Below, in pieces: positions 13,424 through 24,778 of a stretch of 64,000 bases of DNA. Source of the stretch: Ostrea edulis (Eukaryota); the NCBI RefSeq assembly GCF_947568905.1, contig NC_079172.1, forward strand, positions 35,712,001 to 35,776,000. Direction: 5' to 3'. The notes under the pieces were generated by a model that saw only the letters and a program-made list of their open reading frames with translations, searched no databases and was not told where the DNA came from. The translations under genes and the position numbers were made by a program. Each line of letters opens with the position of its first letter. The stretch's first letter is position 1.

Positions 13424-14335
13424 TTAATCAATTGTCCACCCCGAGAATGTTGTGTATCCATCATAGCTGCTGATTATACTCCCACTGTTACCAGTGGGAC
13501 CTGTCCGGACGTAGACCGCCGCGCCTTCAGCCACGTACACCACTGCCGTACCTGAGTTCGAATTCGCGTAGTAGTAATCATGTGTGTAGATTGAACCGTG
13601 TATAATTCCATTGACCAGTAGTTGTGTGTTGAAGTATGATCCTCCATTAGCTCGTATTGTCCAGGTGAAGACGAAGAGACCAGAGCGCGGAGCAGTGAAG
13701 ACGCCCATGTGGTGGTTGTAACCGCTTCCCTCATTGGTGAAAATAGCGTCAAATATCAAGGTTCGTAAATGGCCGGGGGACAAATTGGTGGACATGAACG
13801 CGGAGAAAGCGATGGTGCCATTGGTGGAGCGAATTCCTGCAAATTTCGTAAACAAGTGGTGAAATCAGTAACGCATAAGTGATGACTTGCGTTTGTAATT
13901 TTAATTGATACTATATATAGTAATGCTAACAAAATGTTTATTTACCCTGTCGCCTGTGCCTCTGTACATTCTTTGGAGTATTTCCTTCTCGGAAAATTAA
14001 ATCATGAGAACTACTTTTATTTCCCTGTCCTGTCGGATACTTCTTAAAAACAGCATGTCGTTCCACTGAATCCAGACGTCCTTCACATTCAAGAAGGCGG
14101 TGTTCGATTAGCTTTCTTTGATGTGTCTCAGCTTCCAGTCTGGTGGACAGATCTGCGATGGCGCCCTTTAAGTCCCCATTGTCCCTCTGTAGTTTCTCTA
14201 CAATGGATTCCAGTTTTCCCACGGTTTATATAATTCAAGGACCATTCCAGCAATTTCCGGTTCCTCCATCCTGTCCCCCTTTACTTTGGTGAAGCATGTT
14301 AAGATTAGCAGATACACTAGGAGACGTAGCGCCAT
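13424..14335 (-). pseudogene. C1qDC copy C, frameshifted in exon 1 (exons 13946..14335, 13424..13836)
   Basis: Exon 1 is 390 nt versus 391 nt in copies B and E. A 1-nt loss near 14225-14228 gives ...ELYKPWENWNPL*. Exon 2 is intact. A retroelement interrupts the upstream TATA-like motif. Confidence 0.8.
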
Positions 14336-14477
14336 CTTGTGAATAATGAGGATCTCTGAAGTAAGATCGGACAATATATCGCATTAGTTCTCTCTTATCA
14401 GCACAGAAGTTATTCCTGTGCTCTATAAATGCAATCGATTCTTGGGAAATTGTCTTATACTATCAAATAACCTAAAT

Positions 14478-17303
14478 GAAAGGTGAAGATAACAAACGGT
14501 GATCAATCTCATAACTCGTATAATATAAAACTTATACGGTACCAATTTGGATGCACCAGATGCGCATTTCGACAAATAATGTCTCTTCATTGATGCTCAA
14601 CCGAAATGTTTGAAATCCGAAATAACATTGAAGAGCAATAGAAAATAGTAGTTGGACAAACACGGACCCCTGAGCACTCCAAAGGTGGGATCAGGTGCCC
14701 AGGAGGAGTAAGCGTCCCCTGTTGACAGGTCACACTCACCATAAGCCCCACATCCCGATCAGGCAAACGGAGTAATCCGTAGCCAAAATCAGTGCGCCAA
14801 GAACAGTCCAACAATCGGCATGAAACACGCTAGACAGCACCTGACCCGAAGACTATGTCGCTACAACGACCAGAGAACTTGCATAATGTTGACTTTAAAC
14901 GAGACTGTTGAAACCCCTGTACTTTCAACTTGTTTGCATGCCTCGATTTAAAAACTTACCATATGCAGAACAAGTTCTTGCGTGTTGAATGAGTTGAGAG
15001 ATATAAACACCATATGCAGGTGATAATGGAATATTACTACAGTTGACGGTGGAGAAATTAAAATAATCCCGCTTGTCATAAAGTTGAGTTGTTAGTTTGC
15101 CGTTTATAATTATCTACTTTCAATAAAATATCTAAGTATGAAACAGAAGTGGATGACTCTCCAGTGTCAGTGTCTTTTACTTTGAGCGCACAGGGATATA
15201 ACGAATTGACATATAAATGACAGTTATTATTGTTGATAGATAAAACGTCAGCGATATATTTAATTGTTGAATTGAAGGCCACAGCAAGAGATATTTTACT
15301 TCTCACGTAGAAGTTTTTGAATAAATTTTGCTTCATAGAAGTATAAAAACAGGTCAGCTAACAAAGGAGCACAATTCGTTCCCATGGGATTTCCAACAGA
15401 GTGTTGGAAGACCTGATCACCAAAGACCACAGAGATATTGTCAATGAGGAACTCTTATCATGTTTTTTTTAAAATTTCAACTTCAGAGTACTTGTGCATG
15501 GAATCAGAGTGGTGTTTAACAAAGTAATTTTTTGGATGACTGATCACAAGATATGAATATTTCCGTTTCCCCTTTTCTTTAAAAGAAGCAACTGTCTATG
15601 ATATCAAGAAGTCTAGTCTTTAATATATCGTGAGGAATGGTCGTGTAAAGTGTTGAAAAGTCATAGGTTCTGATGTTGTTGATTTGAGAAAAGTTTTGCG
15701 ATTTCAAGTTTACTAAAACTTCTTAAGAAATTTTTAGAATCCACATTTGATTTACACCACTTCTGGAATATATAGTCGCACAGTAAATTTGAAGTTTCTC
15801 CTTCACAGCTGATGATATTTTCGTGAGGAGCAAAGATAGCACTTACTGGATCCTGAAATGTATCTTTCTTTATAAGGGTATTTATGTAGTTTAGGAATCC
15901 AGTATAGGTACGGTAACTCATGTTCATCCGACCCATTGACTGGGATATTAAATGTGTCTAAAACTGAAGCCTGGTTTTGAAGAATTTCATCTTTTGAAAG
16001 GGCAGCTGGAGTATAAGTACGATTACCAAAAGTGGAATCAATGCCAAGTTCGTTTAAAACACAATTGTGATAATGAGCCTTACAAACGAAGACAATGTTG
16101 TTACAAGCTTGGTCAGCTGGAACCAAAACATATTCCTCATGCAACCCATGATCTACATTGTAATTCTTTTATCACTTCTGGTTTACTAAACACAGAAGGA
16201 TAGATGGTACTCACTTTTGTTTTAATATGTATAATGCGGGATTTTGATATTCCTCGTATACTTTTAATCCATTCTGACAATGTATCAAGTTCTTCTTTTT
16301 CATATTTAGTCCATCGTCTGGCATAATCTTCGATAGAATTCATAATAGAGATGAAGTTCTGTCGCCATTGAAAGACCGAGGTTCTCTGTACTTAGGACCT
16401 TTTAAAATAAGTGATTTGAAGTCCTCATTTTCAGCTCTATCAACATCACCAGTAATGACATGTCCAGCTGGACTATAGTTGAAAGAAGATGAAGAACAAT
16501 TAGAACACGTAAGTGGATTAAGTATAAGATGGTCTATATCTAGGCAGTGTAAAGTTTGTTTATATTTTAAAAGTTTGGATGCAACAGTAGAAGTATATTT
16601 GTCGGAAATACTAGGTGTAGACTTTTTTTATGACAAAGAATGTTGCTTATCATATGTTGACGACATCTATTCCTTTGTATGTAAATTTTATCTCAAGCAA
16701 CTGGCTGCATGATTTGGAAGGAATATCATTCATGATCCGTGGTGGTTTAAAGAGCCTGTGATTGGCAACATCCATTATCACGTAAAACTCTCAACAGAAC
16801 AGAGTAAAGTTTTGTGCGAATATGATGTGGACTTCATTGTCTGTTGATGTAATGTTAAAAGTGAATCAAACGTGACATCATTTATACTTGGTCTTTTATA
16901 TGAACGATATCCATGATTGCGTTTCCGTCTTTGAGCATTGGAAAAGAGTCCCAACACATTCACGTTATTTCCTTGTGGACTAGTCAAATTTCCCACATCA
17001 TACACATTATCATTGCATCCATATGGAAATGCAATACCTAGGGTTCTGATCCAGTGATCTTCTCGTTGTTTACGAAAATAGGTACTTAATGTTGGATTGT
17101 TTGTGTGATGGTAATTTTTTTCCAAAATCCTTACCTTCATGGACAAGATGGAGTGGTCCGGTGAATTGAAATGTTTGTAAAGAAGTTGGTTACCACCATT
17201 ATTTATTTGAAATTTGTGCCCCGATGTTCTTTGATTAACTGAATCCTTAGTTTCCCCCACATTAATTACGTCACATAGGTTACACTCAATAGCGTAGACA
17301 ACG
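14478..17303 (-). mobile_element. Degenerate 5'-truncated Penelope-like retroelement with N-terminal GIY-YIG followed by RT (Naiad/Chlamys-type domain order)
   Basis: VVYAIECNLC..VGETK..QR..GH..R..E..WIRTL...PYG.N at ~16950-17300; LVPAD..NNIVFVCK and LPYLYWIPKLHK at ~15860-16140; YDFSTLYTTIPH (~15640); PMGTNCAPLLADLFLY (~15360); KYIADVL (mutated YIDD, ~15250); several stops and frameshifts. Confidence 0.85.
14554..14595 (-). ncRNA. Minimal type-I hammerhead ribozyme fold with the core C3 mutated to A
   Basis: Minus strand CAUCA-AUGAAGA-GACAuuauuUGUC-GAAA-UGCGCA-UC-UGGUG: stem I CAUCA/UGGUG, stem II GACA/UGUC, palindromic stem III UGCGCA, AUC cleavage triplet. Confidence 0.75.
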
Positions 17304-17567
17304 ATCGCAGATTACTGACCATTTAGCAAGGTCGCGTACCGAAATATCAATTCTAGGGACATAGTGTGAATAAAACTTCAGCACCCCCAGGTTGTTTCCG
17401 CAAAGTGTACGTGTGCCGTAACTTTACGGGGCTTAAAGACTTCGTGAATAAAGTCACTGTTGTGTCTCTGTATAAGATTTTTTTAAAAAAGGTCAAATTC
17501 GAATTGGGTGCAATTTTTGATGTACTTGAAGTTGTTTACTTAAGTACCTATACACTGGTATTTAGGG

Positions 17568-17610
<43 letters not shown>

Positions 17611-17985
17611 TATCTCCTGCATGTGACTGATGTAATTCTTACTACATCTCATGCAGGTAATTATATAAAGGAAAACTCACGTCATTGACATTTTCACACT
17701 AAACGGCTATGTTGGTAAACAATGAATTTCTGTGACCTTGTGTTTAGATGACTAGGTGAAGTCATGTTACTAAATTCATAATCACTCTTGGATTCAATGT
17801 TGAAAGATATGGCTGGTAAAGAAACTTTACACTAGCTCTCAGTGTCCCTGATCTTGTCCTGATTGACTTTGAGGCATAAGAGGTTAATTGGTACGCGAAA
17901 ATGCCATGCGCAACGTTTGAATTAAATGTGAGTCTAGAGGTTTTCTGCAATAAACATCCATGGGGTGTGGACATGTTTATACATG

Positions 17986-18148
17986 CGAGGTGAAGATAGC
18001 GAACAGTGATCAATCTCATAACTCCTATAAGCAATACAAATAAATAGTTGGGCAAACACGGACCCCTGGACACACCAGAGGTAGGATCAGGTGCCTAGGA
18101 TGATTAAGCATCCCGTGTTGACCGGTTACACCCGCCGTGAATCCTATA
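17986..18148 (-). mobile_element. Short 5'-truncated copy of the Penelope-like 3' terminus; related termini at 14-50 and 37338-37680
   Basis: Shares gtgaagata(a/g)cgaacagtgatcaatctcataactc..aaacacggacccctg..ggatcaggtgcc with 14478-14760. The empty site atgcatctgagaaaa is visible in the paralogous unit at ~7343. Confidence 0.75.
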
Positions 18149-19184
18149 TCTGAGAAAATAAGGTACCCACTCTACATGTCATTATTACATAATTTAATCT
18201 AGGCAGAATGGTGGACTATAATGCACGAATTTAACATAAACTCAATTAATCTAATAATTGCGCATATAATTCAATTGATGCGCGCATCAAATCAATTATT
18301 GATATCATCAATTGAATGGATGCGCACATCAACTCAATTAATACCCGCAATAACATGATTTGATGCGCGCATCAATGTGGTAGAAATTTTGCCCTAGAAT
18401 ATTAATTTAGAGCTAGGTATGAATCATTTGATGATGTCTTTAATTTAACTGAAGATATCGTTAATCATTTACAACAATATTGTATATGTAATTAATGCGC
18501 GCATGAATTCTTTCAAAGATCGAGAGCAATAATTCAATTGTGGATATGTTGAATTGAAGATATCTCTAATTAGATAGTTGCTCTCTCTAAAAGAATGATT
18601 GTGTGCATCCATTTAATTGACAATATCATTAATTCAATATTGAAGAGAGCAATAATTCAATTATTGTGCGCGTTAATTGAATTGATGCGCTCTATGTACA
18701 ATCCGCTATAAATGCAATAATTGAATTTATTATATAGCTGATAATTAGTCTATTATAAAATCTGTGTAAAATCTAGAGAATGTTAGCGTTCAATATCCGT
18801 ATAATTTATTGAACGCTAACTTTGCAGTGTGTAAATTGTATGCGCCCGAAACATTCCAAGTATGAGCGTTCAATATTGACGTTACCGTAACGACGTAAAC
18901 AAACCAAAGTGGCAAACGACGGTCCTCCGAATCTGACAGATCCGGTATTTGATATATACTTAAGCAAAATGTTTTACTGTACATAAATTATGATGTCCCC
19001 ATTCACAAAATCAGTTTGTTTCATGCATTAATGACGGGTTAAATATTGAACAGTTAAGAAATGCATGCTGATATTGCACACCTTCACCTTAGATGCCAAT
19101 ATTGACGAATACTCGTCTATTTTGGAGTATTTTGAGTGAAAAGGGGTATAATTTAACAACTAAATATTTTGACTATATGATAAA

Positions 19185-19318
19185 AGGGTTATTGAACTTA
19201 TATAGGTGAATATTGGCACTCGTTGGCTGTCAAAATGCACTCGCAAGCTCGTGCATTTTGACAGCCAACTCGTGCCAATATTCACCAATATAAGTTCAAT
19301 AAGTTCAATAATAACCCT
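19185..19318. repeat. Near-perfect ~52-bp-arm palindrome with 10-nt loop
   Basis: ttattgaacttatataggtgaatattggcactcgttggctgtcaaaatgcac / gtgcattttgacagccaactcgtgccaatattcaccaatataagttcaataa. Confidence 0.9.
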
Positions 19319-19779
19319 ATATTATTGCGCGCATTGATTGAATTGATGCGCGCAGTGAATGAATCATTGCTCTCTTTCATTGAATCGTAGCGTGTATCAA
19401 TCTAATTGTTGTTCTCTCCAATACGCAACTTCCGAGATAACAGCTCTTCTGTGATGGAGGTACGTTCAGTGTTCTATTGAAGGCTTCGGTGGGTACAAGA
19501 TGTATACATGTACATGTATTATAGACTAGCTGTGTAAATACGGATAAAAGTAATGAAAGTGTAAATTTCGTTTATATTAGCCATTGGTATACATTAAATT
19601 GACCATATCGAAAATAGTATTTGTTTGAATTGGGCCATTAAATCAAATATTAAATTATTGTTTATTTCCTCTTCTGCAGGGGTGATATATCTTTTTAGGA
19701 AATCTTATAGCCATATTTTGTAATATATTCTTTTTTAAAGTAAAGGCTGGTTTGTCGCATGAACTCGTAATGTTTAAAT

Positions 19780-19915
19780 TGTTTTATTTTATTTGGATGT
19801 TATATTTTATGCTCTGATTAATCTTATCATGTTTTACATTAATTTGTTAAAGCGCTTAGAGTAATTACAAATTATATAATGCGCTATATAAATGCCGCAC
19901 ATTATTATTATTATT
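19780..19915 (+). mobile_element. Possible L2/CR1-type 3' end
   Basis: aaagcgcttagag..atgcgctatataaatgc followed by an (att)n tail, resembling L2-clade 3' termini. Confidence 0.45.
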
Positions 19916-20459
19916 ATATTTAATCAAAGAAAGATAGTGATAATCGATTTTTGTTTGAGCTATTGTATTATTGAATACTAATAAAATGAATACTGTGTGT
20001 CCCTGCAGTTTGGGTGGTAGCATGGTGTCTGATAATCGGCCTTTAAGCAATAAATGAAGGCAGCTATAAGCATTTGTACCCATCGCGTGTGGACGAGAGT
20101 ATGTTTGCGTCGATCTCACTGTGCGTAAGAGTTCCACAAAGGGAAAGAACTACATGTATTGGGCAACTCGGAAATTGCGTATTGAATTGTAGCGAGCATC
20201 AATTCACTTCTTGATATCATTAATTTATATGACGACAATCAGTTATTGCGTGCATCAGGGCAGTTAATGCTTTCAATAATTCAATAAATGCGCGCAATAA
20301 ATCAGAATTCAAGACATCATTAATTATTCGAAGAGATCTTTAATTGAATTGTTGAGCGCATTAAATGACTTAATGTTATTTTCAAATAATTAAAGGTATC
20401 TTCAATTATTTGAATACCAGTTTAACATCCCCTTCTTTCGTTGGCGATAGGTATACATG

Positions 20460-20512
<53 letters not shown>

Positions 20513-20654
20513 CTCTACATTGATTTTTTTCGCTGATTAATTACTGTTTTGTATACTCCCGATGTACCACCCGCGGTGAAAGCATGTTGTTAAGCTTATA
20601 GTCACACTAGAATTGCAATGTTTCACGGTTTTAATGAAGGCATACTACAATTAT

Positions 20655-20797
20655 TTAATCAATTGTCCACCCCGAGAATGTTGTGTATCCATCAGAGCTG
20701 CTAACTATACTCCCACTGTTACCAGAGGGACCTGTCCGGATGTAGACTGCCGCGCCTTCAGCTACGTACACCACTGATGTACCCGAGTTCGAATGCG
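20655..20797 (-). pseudogene. C1qDC copy D remnant (3' end of exon 2 only)
   Basis: Encodes ..[46 protein letters not shown]. Homology ends at ~20794-20800, where the sequence switches to the AT-rich 3' flank seen at 12785 onward. Confidence 0.88.
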
Positions 20798-21432
20798 CGT
20801 TATAATCCATTAAAAGAACAATATTATTCAATTTCTCTGCCCATTGATTGAATTGATGCACGCAATAAATGAATCATTGCTCTCTTCAATCGAATCGTTG
20901 CGTACATCAATTAAATTGTTGTTCTCTTCAGTTGAATAGTAACGCGCATCAATTCACTTCTTGATATCATTAATTTATTTGAAGAGCACCACAATTCAAT
21001 TATTGCCGCATCAATTTAGCAAAATAATTCATGCTATCAATAATTCAATTAATGCGCACAATAATTCAGAATTAACCATTAATCATTCAAAGAGATCTTT
21101 ATTGGAATTGTTGACCGCATTAAATGAAATGACACTATATTCAAATAATTAAAGGTATCTTCAATCATTTGAATTTATATTAATTTGGCGCTACATAGTG
21201 GACACGGTACTATCAGAGTAACCCCCTTCTCTCATTGGCAGTAGGTATACATGATGGGAAGGGGGAGGGGGTACATTCAATCTCAACATTGATTTTTCGC
21301 TCATTAATTACTGTATAACGTAGATTTCTGATGTACAACCTGCAGTGGAAACACCTTACAATTACACTACAACTGAGACGTTTCACGGTTTTAATGAAAG
21401 CATACTATAATTACATTAGTTAATTACAACAT

Positions 21433-22343
21433 TTAATCAATTGTCCACCCCGAGAATGTTGTGTATCCATCATAGCTGCTAACTATACTCCCACTGTTCC
21501 CAGTGGGACCTGTCCGGACGTAGACCGCCGCGCCTTCAGCCACGTACACCACTGATGTACCCGAACTTGATGACGAATAGTGATAGCGTGTGTAAATCGA
21601 GCCGTATATAAGTCCATTCACCACTAGCTGCGTGTTGAAGTACGTTGAACTTGTCGACCCTCGTATTGTCCACGTGAAGACGTAGAGTCCAGAGCGGGGA
21701 GCCGTGAATATGCCCATGTGATGGTTATAACCGCTTCCCTCATTGGTGAAAATAGCATCAAATACCAAGGTTCGTAAATGGCCGGGGGACAAACCGGTGG
21801 ACATGAACGCAGAAAAAGCGATGGTGCCATTGGTGGAGCGAATTCCTACAAATTTCGTATACAAGTGGTGAAATCAGTAACGCATATTTTAACATTTCAA
21901 TTGATACTACATGTATACATGTATATGGTTATACTAACAAAATGTGTATTACCCTGTCGTCTGCGCCTCTGTACATTCTTTGGAGTATTTCTTTTTCGAA
22001 AAATTAAATCATGAGAACTACTTTTATTTCCCTGTCCTGTCGGAAACTTATCAAAAACAGCATGTCGTTCCACTGAATCCAGACGTCCTTCACATTCAAG
22101 AAGGCGGTGTTCGATTAGCTTTCTTTGATGTGTCTCAGCTTCCAGTCTGGTGGACAGATCTGCGAGGGCGCCCTTTAAGTCCCCATTGTCCCTCTGTAGT
22201 TTCTCTACAATGGATTCCAGTTTTTCCACGGTTTTAGATAATTTGAGGACCATTCCAGCAATTTCCGGTTCCTCCATCTTGTCCCCCTTTACTTTGGTGA
22301 AGCATGTTAAGATTAGCAGATACACTAGGAGACGTAGCGCCAT
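21433..22343 (-). CDS. C1q-domain-containing protein, copy E, 267 aa, join(21953..22343,21433..21845)
   Basis: ATG at 22343; phase-1 GT-AG intron 21846..21952; both exons open; gC1q motifs intact. Confidence 0.92.
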
Positions 22344-23099
22344 CTTGTGAATAATGAGGATCTCTGAAGTAAGATCGGACAATCTATTGCATTAGTTTTC
22401 TCTTATCTGCACAGGAGTGTTTCCTTTGTTCTATTATACTGCAATCAGGTCCGAGAAAATTGTCTTAAAATATCAAATGACCTATATATTGCAGTTAACT
22501 GATCAAACAAGAAGGTCGCGTACCGAAATATCAATTCTGAGGAATTCATGGGAATAAAACTTTTGCACCCTCACGGGTTGTTTCCTCAAAGTTTGTGGGT
22601 CCGATAACTGTTCTGGGCCTTAGTGAAGAAATTAAGGTCCCTGTTGTGTCAGTAGAATCGGGAACACGGTAAAATTCGGGTTAGTATTTTTGGTGCAATC
22701 TCTAATGTACTTACACGAGTTCACTAGTATTAAGTTGTTTTTTTTTTTTTTTTTTTTTTAAAAAAGCATCTTCTGCATTTGGTTCTCACCGTATCCGACG
22801 CAGGTAAGTAAGGCGTAAACTAACTCATTTCATTGATAATTTCACGGTAAACACGTGGTACATCTTGATTTATTCCATTTGATGTTACTGGTAAAATAGG
22901 ATCGGGCTCTGGGGCCATAAAACGTTTGATCTAAGTACTCAGAGTGCATGTATGTGTATGTCTTGGTCGACTTTTAAGATAGGAACGTTATTTTCAATTA
23001 TTTGAAAAACTTTCAGATTTCTAGGACTGTGTTGAAATGATTGATGGAGTTATTTTTCACTGTAAGGAGAGCCTATCTATCGTGTGATTGTCTGATTGA

Positions 23100-23441
23100 T
23101 CCGGTTTAGAATCAATCCTCAGTACCCCTTCCTTGTCGTAAGAGGCGACTAAATGGGGCGGTCCTTCGGTAAACTGGTACCCTGTTTGACCTCGCTTCTC
23201 TCGTGTGTAACACCAAACAGCGGGTCCTTCGGACGAGACCGTAGTCTTGATCACTAATGAGACCGCATATAAAACCGAGGTTACGTGTCACAGCAAGTGT
23301 GGCACGATAAAGATCCCTCCCTGCTCAATGGCCGTAATCGCCGAGCATAGGCCTAAATTTGCAGCCCTTCACCGGCAATGGTGACGTCTCGATATGAGTG
23401 AAAAATTCTCGAAAGCGACGTTAATTATACAATCAATCAAT
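23100..23441 (+). mobile_element. Bivalve SINE, 5' head missing, with (caat)n tail
   Basis: cctcagtacccct..gtcgtaagaggcgactaaatgggg..ggcacgataaagatccctccctgctc..atatgagtgaaaaattctcg..gacgttaa..caatcaatcaat. Confidence 0.75.
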
Positions 23442-24739
23442 TTTATTCCGTTTTGCATTAATTCGATACTTAGCAAATCTTTGTATGTGTAATTCTGTGA
23501 GACAAGCGTCCTGACCCTAAGACCATAAACTGAGAATATTTTGATTAGTTACACCTTAAGATTTACAGCATAGATGTTTAAAAAAAATATGCAGGTTTAT
23601 TAAAAAAAAAAAATCAAATACAAACATTAAAAATCTTATTTGTTTATGAAAATTATTTCAATAGTTAGCGGGATTTGAAATTTAGACTTAAGAATATTCT
23701 CAGTTTCTGGATCTTAACATATTTCTATTCGAAACTAGATTAGATAATGAATATGATTAAAGAGGATTAAAGTATCACTTTTATTTTGAAATGCTCACGT
23801 TATGATGTGTATAGGAACTTACATATTAAAAATTATAACTGGTATCATGGGTATAGGCTAAGTATGTATAAACTTCTACAATTATTGTCTACAGAAAATT
23901 TCAATGAATTAAGTAATGCAGGGAAATTCCTACAGAGAGCAGTTCTTAACACTTAAAGACTCATTTTAATTGTTAACTAAGATCTCTTTTGATTTCTTGG
24001 GGAGGGGGGGGGGATATTGGTAAATTAAATTGTTTTTGGTATATATAGGCTACGTCATTTACTTTTATCATCATATGCTATGAACTAACAAAGGGATGCG
24101 GAATTGTGTCCAAATTTTACTATTAGTCCTATTGATTTTTAAGTTTTTTCCCCATTTTTCAATAAACTTTACTACTGGTGTACATGTATCACTAAATGGA
24201 AAGTCTTCAAGTTATAATATGATTACCATTTATGCACTAGGGTATTGTGTGTGCTAAATATTGTTCCTAGAATTGTCAATCTTTACCCAGAGTTGTCGTC
24301 CCTTGCTCTCACTTACACCTATGTTAACGTCTCAAAATAAGCAATGTTATTCCACATGTAAATCCATTTTGTTTTGTTTTTTTACGGCTAAAAAAAAACT
24401 AAGAACTATTTTATAAAATATCGGGAAAATATAGGACAAGCAACTATTAATTTTGTAGATTTTTTCCCATTACTATATATTCTTCATGTACCTATGTATA
24501 GGCCTGGTGCAATAGAACAACCCAATATCCACATGTCAACCCAAATCAATGCTTCTTGTGTCACAAAAAGACTTGATATCTGCTCAATATTTATTTATTT
24601 ACGTATATTTTTGTAACGGAAGTGAAAACCATACATTATTTGAGCATACGTGCCATTTTACAAAAATCTTGTAAAACCCTTGAGACGTTGACAGAGGTGT
24701 AAGTGAGTGTAAGGAACGATAACTCAGAGAGAGAGAGAG

Positions 24740-24778
<39 letters not shown>

